The notes beneath the pieces are model-generated. The model ran no database searches, was not told where the DNA came from, and saw only the letters and a program-made list of their open reading frames with translations. This document shows, one piece after another, positions 27,236 through 37,395 of a stretch of DNA of 64,000 bases (its first letter is position 1; each line of letters begins with the position of its first letter). Position numbers and translations under genes: made by a program. The DNA is from a virus: positions 1 to 64,000 of IMG/VR virus record IMGVR_UViG_3300030419_007010; one strand, 5' to 3'.

Positions 27236-28525
27236 CTACCCGACAAATACGCCGAACGGTACGTTTTGAAGAACTTTGTTAGTAGCGTCCATCGTATCTG
27301 CATTAATCTGTGCAAGCTTATCATAAGTGAGTTCATCAAGAATAGTTTTCAATTCTTCGCGCAACTTTTCTTGTTCTTCTTTGGCTTGCGAAAGAAGCTG
27401 CTCTGCGTTTAAGGTTACAGACTCACCAGGAATTGGGATCGCACCGAACTTTCCTCTCACTTGTCCTAAAGTTTCTTTAACGAGAGAGAATGCGAATCTT
27501 CTGATCCATTGTTTGCCTATACTATTAATATTTTTATAAGGAATGTTTGCAAAAGGAAGAGTATTCATATTGTTTACGCCAGATGCGCCAACTTCTTTTC
27601 CTTCTTCTTCTTCCCAAGAATCTTTTTGTATAGTAAATCTAACCCATAAATTTTTTGGAGATACAGATGATGGTTCTGGGTATATTCTTAACTTATTATT
27701 TTTTATTTCATACGAATAATGAGAATTTCTGGTGTAAATTGCATCTTCATACGCCATAGCTTGCATCTTGTTGTGCCACGGAGGGATTACTTCAAAAGTA
27801 GAATCATCAGCAAACATGCCATAAGTAGATAAGTTACCAACAGAATTTAATCCTCCAAAATAACCATAGAATCTCCACATGGCGTGGGGCGTCTTAAAGA
27901 AAACACTTTTAATAACAACTTTTTTATTGCCAATTAAACTAGAAAATTCATCTTTTGCGGCGATGAGGCTTTGAAGATCATAGTCTTGTTTGTTGTCTTC
28001 TGTTTCAATAGATGCAGAATATTCAGTTTTAAGGCCACCGACACCAAGCTCTTCACCAACCCCATCAGCGACTCGGCGAGGATAAACAATATCATACTTT
28101 GGAAACTTCATATTGACATGATCGCCATCGAGGCTCGATGATAAATCGCCACTAAGTAGGACGCCATCGTGGTCAAATGTTCCAGTGGTATTTCCGAGAG
28201 CATTGGGCAACATATTTTTAGCTTGATGTATGTTGACAATATAAGAATATTCTAAAACAGCTTCTTCGTATGCAGCATATATATTAACTTCTTTAAGTTC
28301 AATGTCTAAGACATCACCACCAAGTTTTTTATATGTATATGCAACCTGATCGGAAGCTCCAGAAATAAAGTTCGCATCATAAAAAGCACTACTTGTATCA
28401 ACATATATTCCAAATGGATAATTTGCTACTCTTGCTGACCCGTCTGACGCATCTAAAACGCTGCCAGTTGCGGATAATGTTACAGCACTAGTGTTACTTT
28501 TTGGTGTTAATGTTGTAGTCGCCAT
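27236..28525 (-). CDS. Neck protein (gp13-like head-tail adaptor)
   Basis: KKLGGDVLDIEL, WIRRFAFSLVKETLGQVRGKF..IPIPG..VTLNA. Confidence 0.75.
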   Translation of the reverse strand: MATTTLTPKSNTSAVTLSATGSVLDASDGSARVANYPFGIYVDTSSAFYDANFISGASDQVAYTYKKLGGDVLDIELKEVNIYAAYEEAVLEYSYIVNIHQAKNMLPNALGNTTGTFDHDGVLLSGDLSSSLDGDHVNMKFPKYDIVYPRRVADGVGEELGVGGLKTEYSASIETEDNKQDYDLQSLIAAKDEFSSLIGNKKVVIKSVFFKTPHAMWRFYGYFGGLNSVGNLSTYGMFADDSTFEVIPPWHNKMQAMAYEDAIYTRNSHYSYEIKNNKLRIYPEPSSVSPKNLWVRFTIQKDSWEEEEGKEVGASGVNNMNTLPFANIPYKNINSIGKQWIRRFAFSLVKETLGQVRGKFGAIPIPGESVTLNAEQLLSQAKEEQEKLREELKTILDELTYDKLAQINADTMDATNKVLQNVPFGVFVG

Positions 28526-28561
28526 TCATATGCACTCCTTTATATAACTTAAATAGTTTAT

Positions 28562-28600
28562 AGAAATAGAAAACCCCACTCCGTTTCCGGAGTAGGGTCT
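28562..28600 (-). terminator. Intrinsic terminator after the major capsid gene
   Basis: Minus strand ACCCTACTCCG-GAAA-CGGAGTGGGGT followed by TTTCTATTT. Confidence 0.85.
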
Positions 28601-28625
28601 CTTTTAAGCTACGCTATTGTTTTGA

Positions 28626-30461
28626 CTAGCCAAGCAAGTCAGTAACAACAACTAGACCGTACATATCGGGTCTAACCATCTTCTTCGCGTAACGAGTCAT
28701 CACGCCCTTACGGGGTACGAAGTCCTCGGTACCGAAGATTGTCGGTGTGACCTGTAGTGGTACATATGGCGCGTATACATAGCCGCTCTCAAGGAAGCTT
28801 CCTCCCTTACGACCAACTAGTACAACGTTGCGTAGGAAGTAAGGATCTACGTATACATCCCACTTCTTGCTCAAGGAACCAACCTTGACAGCACCAACAG
28901 TTCCCTTGTCGTCATCAAGCGTAACGTTTGCACGGAATCCAGATGTGAACTCTAGAAGGTTCGCAATTTCAGGTGATACCACGATGAAATTAGCTCCGCC
29001 TCGGAGAGTCTTACGGTGGATTTGTGCTGACACGTCGTTGACTGTCTCAACAAGAGTCTCATACCACTCGGATACGTTACCAGTGAAGTCTGGACCAGCG
29101 GATCCGCCAGAAGTCAAATCTTTACCTGTTTGGCGATTGACAAACTTACCGGGTCGGCGCGACCAGTAAAGCACATCAGCAGTAGCTCCCTTAACGAGGT
29201 CATTGAGAATCTCACGGTCAATCTCAAGAGCAATTTGCTCAGAGAGAATGCTTGTAAGCTCTACCTCTGCATCCAAGTTGTGGTATGCGTTGAGGTCCTG
29301 ACCAAGCTCTGGGGTCCACTTTGCCTTGAGCTTCTTGGTGATTGCCGTTACAGCAATGCTGTCGACCTGGATGTCGATCTCTGGAATATCACCAGTTGTA
29401 TCACTAATGACACCATCAACAGTTGTAGCGGTCGACTCCAATAGCCACTCATTAGCACCCTTGACGGCACCGAGAGTATCCGAAGAAATGAAGTTATCAG
29501 CGGAAGTCCAGTTAAACGAGTGAGTATTACCAATAGTACCGTTCACATTACCTGCTGTGGTAGCGGTATCACCGTCTAGAGTAGATGGCGAAAGTGTAGC
29601 GGAAAGCTGCTGGATACCAGTGTCGTCAGCCGAATCAGCCTTGAAGAACAAGTAAATGTTGTCGCGATCTGGATTTTCTGGGTTGTCGAGATCATCGCTC
29701 TTTCTCGCGAAAGAAGTTAGTCGACGAATATGAGAACCAGAAATAGCATGTGCTGCTGAAGCAGTCAAAGCAATAGTTGTCAAGTTGTCAGTGTTGAGCT
29801 GACTAAAGACACTTGCAGAAACCTTAGTAACAACAACACCCGAACCAGAAAGATCAGGGTCGTGCTGACAAATAGAGTTGAACCGATCAAGCGTGAGGCC
29901 GGCCAATTCGCCGACGCCGGCAACAATACTAACACCTAGCGTACCGGAAGCAACTGTGGTCAAAACAACTCCGGAAGCTTCATCAGACGGGGAAGCATAA
30001 CCGTTACGTAGGTTATAGAAACCGCCACCATCGTCAGTAGCGAGGTCAACACCACCGGTCAACTGTGAACCGACAACGTTACCGCCATAGAGCGAATCAC
30101 CTGCAGAGTAAAGTCCGCGAGTGTCAGTAGCCTGGAAATCCAGGAAGAAGATGAGGCCAGAAGGCAAGCTCATCGGCTGCACAGATACTAGATCGTTAGC
30201 AACCAAGCCAGCGAATACGCGGCGGACGATGGGGAAAGCAACAGAAGCGAAACCTTCGACATCACCACCAGCCATTGTGCTAGCTTCCTTCAATAGCTGT
30301 GCGGCTTGGTTCTCAAGCAAGCGTGCCATTGTATTCTTTTGGTGATCGCCGCCGAGGCCCTCAAGAAGTCCAGTGCGATCCCATTTTTCTAGTAGGGCAG
30401 CACCTTCCTGCTGGAGGCTTCGATCAACGATACCTTCAGTTAATTTTTCTAAAACAGACAT
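28626..30461 (-). CDS. Major capsid protein (T4 gp23-like)
   Basis: LLEKW...LLENQ, VRRVF..LVANDLVSVQPMSLPSGLIFFL, KLKAKWTPELGQDLNAYH.LDAEVELTSILSEQIALEIDREI, YAPYVPL, MTRYA. Confidence 0.97.
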   Translation of the reverse strand: MSVLEKLTEGIVDRSLQQEGAALLEKWDRTGLLEGLGGDHQKNTMARLLENQAAQLLKEASTMAGGDVEGFASVAFPIVRRVFAGLVANDLVSVQPMSLPSGLIFFLDFQATDTRGLYSAGDSLYGGNVVGSQLTGGVDLATDDGGGFYNLRNGYASPSDEASGVVLTTVASGTLGVSIVAGVGELAGLTLDRFNSICQHDPDLSGSGVVVTKVSASVFSQLNTDNLTTIALTASAAHAISGSHIRRLTSFARKSDDLDNPENPDRDNIYLFFKADSADDTGIQQLSATLSPSTLDGDTATTAGNVNGTIGNTHSFNWTSADNFISSDTLGAVKGANEWLLESTATTVDGVISDTTGDIPEIDIQVDSIAVTAITKKLKAKWTPELGQDLNAYHNLDAEVELTSILSEQIALEIDREILNDLVKGATADVLYWSRRPGKFVNRQTGKDLTSGGSAGPDFTGNVSEWYETLVETVNDVSAQIHRKTLRGGANFIVVSPEIANLLEFTSGFRANVTLDDDKGTVGAVKVGSLSKKWDVYVDPYFLRNVVLVGRKGGSFLESGYVYAPYVPLQVTPTIFGTEDFVPRKGVMTRYAKKMVRPDMYGLVVVTDLLG

Positions 30462-30482
30462 TTTTTGTTTTCTCCTTTTAAA

Positions 30483-31577
30483 TTATTTAATACCTGCTAA
30501 CGCCCGCCACCTTTCGGAAGCCGGGTCGTCGTTTTTCTCTGCTTTGCGATCTGAAGCCGCTAACAGAATAGTAGAGGAAGTTTTATTTACCGCTTCACTC
30601 AGCGATTTTGGCTGCTTTTTAGAGGTGCTGCCCACTGTGTTTTGAAGTGTTTCGAAAATAGTTTTCGCTTCCTCGACACTTTTAGCATTAGACAAAGCTT
30701 CGGCAATTGTACTTTTTTGCCGCTCATTCAGGGAGGTGCTAGTTAACGCTTTATTAGTGTATAGTAACCTTGCATTTAAAATATTACTCTCTTCGACTTT
30801 ATCTTTAAGAGACTCAATTAATTGCACAAGTTTTTGTTCGTTTTGTTGGTGTTGTTTTATCTTACTTTTATTTTTTGTAAGAATTTTATTTAATTTAGTA
30901 TTAGACTCGTTAAGATTTTCAGCTTCTTCTTCGAGTTTCTCAACAGCCTTTCTTAATTCTTCATTATGTTTCTTTACTTCAGTGTCTTGTTCGCGGGCTA
31001 ATAATTCTTCAGCAGCTTCTTCTAATTGTGAAGCCGGAGTTCCAGCCCAGCCAGATTTTTCTGGCTTGATATCTACTTTTAGTGTTTCTGTCAATTCTCC
31101 AACGATCTCTTCTAATAAATTAGAATCTATCTGGATGTCTTCTCCTAATCTTTCGCCTGTGTTAACAACGTCTGCCGCAAATTGTTCGCGTGATTCGAGG
31201 CCAGCTTCTGTTCCGATTACATCATCAACATGTTGTGTTAAAGCGTCGAGATCTAATTCAACCCATGCGTTAGGGCCACCTTCTTCTGCTTCATCTGGGC
31301 AACCACAAAGCTCTTCGCCATCGTGGGCTGCCAACGGCATATCGTCAATTACTGGATCAGTTTCGACTTCTTCTCCGGGAAGGCCGGCATCGTCGCCACC
31401 GAGAAGAGCATCTACTTCGGCGTCTAGGCCAGCTTCTTCTGGTTGTTCTAATAACGTTTCGACGGCTTCTTTGATTTGATCAGAGTATTTGTCAATTATC
31501 GCGGCTTCTGCATTTTTTAAAGCCACTTCTCTTAGTGCTTCAGCGTCAATTATCGCTTGTTCTAACATTGAAGACAT
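30483..31577 (-). CDS. Prohead core scaffold protein (gp22-like)
   Basis: Acidic coiled-coil protein directly upstream of the MCP; many L-x-E sites; C-terminal RWRALAGIK. Confidence 0.8.
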   Translation of the reverse strand: MSSMLEQAIIDAEALREVALKNAEAAIIDKYSDQIKEAVETLLEQPEEAGLDAEVDALLGGDDAGLPGEEVETDPVIDDMPLAAHDGEELCGCPDEAEEGGPNAWVELDLDALTQHVDDVIGTEAGLESREQFAADVVNTGERLGEDIQIDSNLLEEIVGELTETLKVDIKPEKSGWAGTPASQLEEAAEELLAREQDTEVKKHNEELRKAVEKLEEEAENLNESNTKLNKILTKNKSKIKQHQQNEQKLVQLIESLKDKVEESNILNARLLYTNKALTSTSLNERQKSTIAEALSNAKSVEEAKTIFETLQNTVGSTSKKQPKSLSEAVNKTSSTILLAASDRKAEKNDDPASERWRALAGIK

Positions 31578-31612
31578 TTATAGTTCTCCTGGAAGATAAA
31601 AATTGTCATAAA

Positions 31613-31619
31613 TAAATAG
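31613..31619 (-). promoter_or_regulatory. Putative late promoter CTATTTA for scaffold-MCP (representative of about 12 sites)
   Basis: CTA(T/C/A)TTA found shortly upstream of virion gene starts at 490, 7550, 21053, 22811, 25840, 28550, 31613, 48733, 50794, 55411/55434, 58040 and 60307. Confidence 0.65.
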
Positions 31620-31660
31620 TATATTCTTAATGTAAAAGACTTTTTTCATACTGTGCTGTC

Positions 31661-32815
31661 CTAGTCGACGCTAATTACGCTCCAACCGCTGCCATTGTAA
31701 AAGTTTAATTTATTAGTCGTTATATTATAATAAATTTGCCCTGGTGTCGCAGAGCCGCCGGCGTGAATAGCGGCTAAAACGGCGCCGTCAGCGTGTGGTA
31801 ATCTAACAGAACCTGTAAATTCTGTTGAGCCCGTAAATTGTATGTTCGGTCCTCCACCCATCATTTTGCCGACTAGCAAAGAATTTCCGATAGTAACAGA
31901 ACCAGTTACACCAAGATCAGTGGCTGTCTCGATTCCGCCGACATTGAAAATCTTGCCGGAGCCGGAGATATCTCCCCAAATAGTGAGTGGGTGGCTTGCT
32001 CCTGCGTGTGTAGGGTGCGTGCCAATCCCAAGAGTACCAGTTACAGTAGCATTGTTATACACATCTAGAGCATTTCTAATAGTAACAGAGCCAGTTACAC
32101 CAAGGTCGCCTTGCGTTTCGATTCCACCGACATTGAAAATCTTGGCGGAGCCTGATATGTCTCCAATAACGGTAAGCGGGTGTGTAGCCGTGGCGCTTCC
32201 GATGTTTCCGCCGACTAGTGCATTATTTCTCACTGTCACCGAGCCAGTTACACCAAGTGAGCCTTGTGTTTCGATTCCACCGAGATTGAAGATCTTGCCA
32301 GAACCGGATATATCACCCCCAACATGCACGGTGTGAGTCGGTACCTCTGCACCGCCAAAATATGTTTTTTGGTTTTGAACTCTTATAGCATAATTTGAAT
32401 TATAATCGTATAGTAAAAGAGACTTATGCGCAGTAGGACCCCAGCTATAGTGTGAATTATTAACAGTTGATGACAACGCAAGTGCAACATAATTTCCATA
32501 CATGTTTAAGTTGCCCGACATCACAGTATTGCCAGACACGTTAAGATCACCTGCTGTTTCAACGCCTTTAACAAATATTCCTACGCCAGACCCGGAGACA
32601 CGGCCGTCGGCATAATTGGTACCAATATTATAAAAATTACCGTAATTATGTATCGTATTGCCGCTTACTTCTAGAGTGCCTGTGACCAGCATTGAGCCAG
32701 AAACAACTACAGAACCAGTTATTTCTGTTTTTTGCTCGCCCTGCTTGTTCTCTGAGACAATAGAGCCCGTGCCGTAGATTGCTTGTCCTTCTGAACCGGT
32801 TACTATTAATGGCAT
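31661..32815 (-). CDS. Fibre-like virion protein with GDISGSGKIxNxGGIET repeats
   Basis: Three full repeats plus one degenerate copy; C-terminal GQIYYN.TTNKLNFYNGSGW motif typical of phage fibres. Confidence 0.7.
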   Translation of the reverse strand: MPLIVTGSEGQAIYGTGSIVSENKQGEQKTEITGSVVVSGSMLVTGTLEVSGNTIHNYGNFYNIGTNYADGRVSGSGVGIFVKGVETAGDLNVSGNTVMSGNLNMYGNYVALALSSTVNNSHYSWGPTAHKSLLLYDYNSNYAIRVQNQKTYFGGAEVPTHTVHVGGDISGSGKIFNLGGIETQGSLGVTGSVTVRNNALVGGNIGSATATHPLTVIGDISGSAKIFNVGGIETQGDLGVTGSVTIRNALDVYNNATVTGTLGIGTHPTHAGASHPLTIWGDISGSGKIFNVGGIETATDLGVTGSVTIGNSLLVGKMMGGGPNIQFTGSTEFTGSVRLPHADGAVLAAIHAGGSATPGQIYYNITTNKLNFYNGSGWSVISVD

Positions 32816-35800
32816 TAGTCTTCGATCTCCTCAAGCATCATTTTATATTTCTTATTTGTCTTGTTATTGATCACAGATAAATATTCTTCTTCCTCAACAA
32901 TTGTCCAATCACCTCTATCATTTTTCAAATGAAGGTCGCCGGTGTAAATGTTTGCCCAGCGCTTAGACTCGGATCCGAGATCAAATGTGTTGTCAGTTCT
33001 TGGCATTACGTTGCCGGCGGTGACTGATCCGGTTACGCCAAGGTCTGCAGCAGTTTCAATACCGCCAAGATTGAAGATCTTACCCGAACCAGATATGTCA
33101 CCGGAAACCATCAAGGGATGAGTTACAGATGCAGCGGCGGCATAGCCAATTTGTGCTGAAGTAGCAAACCTTGAGTTACCGTTTATAACACTTGTTCCTA
33201 GAATTGTAGCAGAACCGGTTACGCCAAGACCACCTTGTGTTTCGATCCCGCCCACATTAAAGATCTTACCCGAACCAGATATATCTCCAGCAACAGTTAG
33301 TGCGTGTGACGGCGCAATATTAGATAATCCTACTTTCCCATCTCGGATCCATAAAGGAAAAGTTGTATCATTATAATCATATATACGAAGGTCTCTGGAG
33401 GTGGTAGTAAGCGTATAATGTGCTATTGTGGACGTAAGATACAGCGACGAGGCCCCGCCGCCCTGGATATACATACTCCCGTGACTGTACATGCTCCCGG
33501 AAGATATAACATTGTGTCTGGAAATTATTGAACCGGTTACTCCAAGCTCGCCTTGTGTCTCGATTCCGCCAGTGTTCAGGATCTTACCGGAGCCTGATAT
33601 ATCGCCGGCGACAGTTAATGTATGAGTAGGTGTGGTAGTGCCAACGGCTAACATAGAAGAAAAATATGAGTTAGCAGTACTTTGTATAGCCGCGGCAGAA
33701 GTTGTTCCTCTAATTGTGACAGAGCCTGTTACACCTAAATCACCTTGCGTTTCGATCCCGCCGACATTTAAAATCTTGCCGGAACCGGAGATATCTCCAG
33801 TGACAGTTAATGTCGCGCCGACCGTGAGTGGGGCGTATATTCCTCCATACAGATAAGCCGGTCCCCTTACGATCATTGAACCAGTTACACCAAGCGCGCC
33901 GTGAGTTTCAACCCCTCCATAAATCAGAGCGCGACCGGAACCTGAAATGTCTCCAGCAACGGTTAAAGCGTGGGTCGCAAATCGATTGTTTACTGCAAGA
34001 TAGCCGCTGGTGGTTAATGTGCCAGTGACTTGATGATTGTCCGCCGCGTTATCGCCAAATTTTGTAGAGCCGCTGACACCTAAGCCCCCTGCAGTTTCGA
34101 TGCCGGCCATATTAAAGATCTTTCCGGATCCTGATAAGTCGCCAACTATGGTTACAGGATGTGTCACAGTCGCCGAGGCGGCGTTGTCCCCAAGAACGAC
34201 CTTGCCATCTCGCGTTAAGAAGGGATAGTTAGTGTTGCCGGCACTTTTATCTGTTAAGTAAAAAGTTCTGTTTGCCTGATTAAACTCAAAGAGAGTGTTT
34301 TGTGCAGAAGAGGTTGTTCTGAAGAAGATTGGTGATGCCCGAGACTCGATCCTCTGAGATGTATACAAAACACCAGTGTGAAAAGTCGCATTTGCGAACT
34401 CGGCGTTTCCGGAAACTATCAAGTCATCATTTACAGAAACTGGTTCGTTTGCTATTATTCTACCGGTAAACGTATGTGTGTCGTCGTTGGTATTACCAAA
34501 TGTTGTAGAGCCGCTCTTGTGTAGCGTAGTGGAAACAACCGTATGATTATGCTCTGTAGTGTGGAATTGTTCGGCATAAACGTTTCCACTTACATATACT
34601 GAACCAGAGAACTGATGGACATCTGACGCGTCGTCTCCAAATTTTGTTGCTCCTGCCAATGTAGTGCTACCAGAAACATTTAGCACTCCTTCTGAAACTA
34701 GACCAGTTTTAGATTGTATTGTTGCGCTGGAACTAAGATAAGCTGCAACTCCAATGAGCTTGTCCGCGGAAATCAGTGTCATGCCGGTGCCGGCGGCATA
34801 TTGTATATAAGCTACCCCGCCAGCATAATGCTGGGCGCTCGTTCCTAGGAAACGAATATAAGTATCATCAGTTTCCTTATGTCTAATATATGATGAAACT
34901 TCAAGATCTCCATCTATATAAACATTGCCAGTATGTTCAGCAATTCCTCTGAATAACGCGGACCCAGTTACACCAAGATTTCCTTGCGTTTCGATCCCGC
35001 CGACATTTAGAATCTTGCCAGAGCCAGATACATCTCCCAGTGTTTTTATTGAGCCAGTTACACCAAGATTTCCTTGCGTTTCGATCCCGCCGACATTTAG
35101 AATCTTGGCGGAGCCTGATATATCTCCCGTTACTGTCAAGGCATGAGTAGGTAAGTTAATACTATTGATAGCGACATACCCGTCATACATAGACAGCGGA
35201 TATCCTACTGCGACGGATCCGTTCTCGCTGGAAAAATTAATCAAACGTAGTCCGCGAGGGGATGATGGGGTCCATCTAAAGTCAGTATTGGAGGAACTTA
35301 GCCGTACAGGAACAGTGTCATTGATGATTAGGCCACCATTGAATGTGTGAGTGTCAGTTCCGTCACTTCCGAATGTTGTAGATCCCCTAATGGTAGCAGA
35401 GCCTGTCGCACCAAGATCTCCCTGTGTTTCGATCCCGCCGACATTTAAGATCTTGCCAGAGCCTGATATGTCGCCGTGAACAGTTAGTGCGTGAGTTGAA
35501 GCTATATTTTCAGCCCATGTGCCGCTTACTGAAATATTTCCTCCAGTATAAATGCTGCCACTAAATATGTGCTGGTCTCCGGGGCTATCGCCGAACGCTG
35601 TTGATCCGCTCTTCGCTATATGAGTAGTTGTAACAGTGTGATTATGAACTGTGGTATTTAATTCTTCAGCATACAAAGCGCCGCTGACATATAAACTACC
35701 GGTAAATTCATGAACATCTGCAGGAGTTAAGCCAAATACTGTTGAGCCTCCCGAACCGTTGCCATACATTATAGAAGATATAGTATCGGTATAACTTAAT

Positions 35801-36168
35801 TTTTGCCAAACACTGCCAGATGTGGAACCTGAAGTGTAAGTGAATACAACAAAGTCGCTTATTCTCCAAGTATCTTCATTATCCACGGGAGTGGTGCCAG
35901 CCGCAGAGACCTTCCAAAAATCGCCAACCGTTGCAGTTAGATTAGTCGTGGCATGGTAACCGCCAAGCTCATTTGGCGCCCTTTGTAAAACATTACCTGA
36001 TGGAAAAAGTCTTGTACAATTATGGGCTGCCCATGGATTTGAGCCATCACCATTAACGCCGGTCCAGCCCGGGCCAGGGTTAGCTAAAGTTCCGCTATTG
36101 GTGCTTGCGTTCCAATAGCCTTTGAACCGGCCAACTCCTAAAAATACTGGTAAATCTGGATATCCCAC
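32815..36168 (-). CDS. Long modular fibre-like virion protein
   Basis: Nine GDISGSGKIxNVGGIETQGxLGVTGS repeats and six GSTxFGDxxxDxHxFxG repeats; C-terminal FDLGS..KRWANIYTGDLHLKN domain. Confidence 0.75.
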   Translation of the reverse strand: MGYPDLPVFLGVGRFKGYWNASTNSGTLANPGPGWTGVNGDGSNPWAAHNCTRLFPSGNVLQRAPNELGGYHATTNLTATVGDFWKVSAAGTTPVDNEDTWRISDFVVFTYTSGSTSGSVWQKLSYTDTISSIMYGNGSGGSTVFGLTPADVHEFTGSLYVSGALYAEELNTTVHNHTVTTTHIAKSGSTAFGDSPGDQHIFSGSIYTGGNISVSGTWAENIASTHALTVHGDISGSGKILNVGGIETQGDLGATGSATIRGSTTFGSDGTDTHTFNGGLIINDTVPVRLSSSNTDFRWTPSSPRGLRLINFSSENGSVAVGYPLSMYDGYVAINSINLPTHALTVTGDISGSAKILNVGGIETQGNLGVTGSIKTLGDVSGSGKILNVGGIETQGNLGVTGSALFRGIAEHTGNVYIDGDLEVSSYIRHKETDDTYIRFLGTSAQHYAGGVAYIQYAAGTGMTLISADKLIGVAAYLSSSATIQSKTGLVSEGVLNVSGSTTLAGATKFGDDASDVHQFSGSVYVSGNVYAEQFHTTEHNHTVVSTTLHKSGSTTFGNTNDDTHTFTGRIIANEPVSVNDDLIVSGNAEFANATFHTGVLYTSQRIESRASPIFFRTTSSAQNTLFEFNQANRTFYLTDKSAGNTNYPFLTRDGKVVLGDNAASATVTHPVTIVGDLSGSGKIFNMAGIETAGGLGVSGSTKFGDNAADNHQVTGTLTTSGYLAVNNRFATHALTVAGDISGSGRALIYGGVETHGALGVTGSMIVRGPAYLYGGIYAPLTVGATLTVTGDISGSGKILNVGGIETQGDLGVTGSVTIRGTTSAAAIQSTANSYFSSMLAVGTTTPTHTLTVAGDISGSGKILNTGGIETQGELGVTGSIISRHNVISSGSMYSHGSMYIQGGGASSLYLTSTIAHYTLTTTSRDLRIYDYNDTTFPLWIRDGKVGLSNIAPSHALTVAGDISGSGKIFNVGGIETQGGLGVTGSATILGTSVINGNSRFATSAQIGYAAAASVTHPLMVSGDISGSGKIFNLGGIETAADLGVTGSVTAGNVMPRTDNTFDLGSESKRWANIYTGDLHLKNDRGDWTIVEEEEYLSVINNKTNKKYKMMLEEIED

Positions 36169-36185
36169 TTATTGTTCCCGCTTAA

Positions 36186-36689
36186 TTAATCCATTCCATA
36201 GTACTCAATAATAACTGTCAGAGTACCAGAGGTTGAATTAGTTGTACCATTCCCGCTGCCGGCATTACAAATATACACATATTGATCAGAAGTTCCATTT
36301 CTTACAGTATCTCTGCAAATCCACACTTCCTTTGGATCGTTTTTTAAATCAATATCTTCAGCGCTGGCGCTGTCTGTGCTGTCAGTATTGGATACGCCAG
36401 CACCTAATATTTCCGTTCCAGAAGAAATGCTAGAATCGGCCGCTGTACCAGACGTAGCAGATAATTGAATATTTACCGAGTGTGTTGATAGATTACTAGC
36501 CGTCTTTACTGCTGCAGCGACAGTTGTTATGATGGCTCCGGCAGGAATTTTAACATCAGCTAACTCAACTATAACTGTATTATCGCCACTGTGTGCATAT
36601 CTAATATCTTGATCAACCGATATAATATGTTTTCCTATACCAACGGATAGATCTGGTGTTGATGTTCTGCTCGGTGTAAACTTTGCCAT
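36186..36689 (-). CDS. Putative virion structural protein
   Basis: Ser/Thr/Ala-rich, beta-strand-like 167 aa ORF coupled to its neighbours in the head/fibre operon. Confidence 0.55.
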   Translation of the reverse strand: MAKFTPSRTSTPDLSVGIGKHIISVDQDIRYAHSGDNTVIVELADVKIPAGAIITTVAAAVKTASNLSTHSVNIQLSATSGTAADSSISSGTEILGAGVSNTDSTDSASAEDIDLKNDPKEVWICRDTVRNGTSDQYVYICNAGSGNGTTNSTSGTLTVIIEYYGMD

Positions 36690-37126
36690 TATACTTCTTT
36701 CCCATCTACAACGAGGGTGTCAAGGCCCGCGCCGGTCATGTAGTTGTCGTCCATCTCGCCAGTTTCTATACTGGTTAACTCGGCCACGACTTCATATGCG
36801 CCGTTGTTACCTTGAGAAGTAATATAAATTTCCTTGCACTTAACATTAAATGTGATCGAATCTCTATCTTCAGTGAGAGTAACATAATGCAGTCCGTTGA
36901 AAACTTTTGCCTCTGCTTTGTCTGCAAAATGAATTCTTAAGTCGACAGCAGATTTATTAATAACTGTTACTGATTTTGCAATATAAGGAAAAGTAATTTT
37001 ATTTTGTACGTTATTGTCAATATCGGTTGAGCCGGTCATATATGGTTTACCAGAAACTTGATAAGAACCTACATTTGAAATTCCCGGAAGATAAGATTGA
37101 AAACGATTATTGCCTGTGTTTGCCAT
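36689..37126 (-). CDS. Putative virion structural (decoration-like) protein
   Basis: 145 aa, AGGAG SD, beta-rich, located in the head operon. Confidence 0.55.
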   Translation of the reverse strand: MANTGNNRFQSYLPGISNVGSYQVSGKPYMTGSTDIDNNVQNKITFPYIAKSVTVINKSAVDLRIHFADKAEAKVFNGLHYVTLTEDRDSITFNVKCKEIYITSQGNNGAYEVVAELTSIETGEMDDNYMTGAGLDTLVVDGKEV

Positions 37127-37146
37127 TTTTTTCTCCTAACACACTA

Positions 37147-37383
37147 TTAAGTATACTTAATTTGTAGTTTTTTTCTTCTTTGAGCTTCAGCTTTTCTAAC
37201 ATTTTGAAGCTTTTTTAATTTTGCTCTTCGTCTCTTCTTTGAAGGCTTCTCGAAAAACATTTTTTCTTTGTATCTTTCAATGACTTTTTCTTTTTTAACT
37301 TTTTTAATAAATTTTTTAATTAATCTGCTGGTGTTTCCGCCAACTTCTTTTAAAGAAACCTCAACATGTACTGGTTTAGCCAT
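37147..37383 (-). CDS. rpsU: Phage-encoded ribosomal protein bS21
   Basis: 78 aa, very basic; V.V....N..RLIKKF.KKVKK..VI..YKEKMFFEKPS.KRRR matches the bS21 (F/Y)EKP(S/T) signature. Confidence 0.85.
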   Translation of the reverse strand: MAKPVHVEVSLKEVGGNTSRLIKKFIKKVKKEKVIERYKEKMFFEKPSKKRRRAKLKKLQNVRKAEAQRRKKLQIKYT

Positions 37384-37395
37384 TGTTTTTCCTTT

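Noticed and set aside
31661-36168. Repeat-spacer pattern resembling a CRISPR array
   Set aside because: Repeats are in-frame coding modules with synonymous variation and irregular long spacers; no cas genes.
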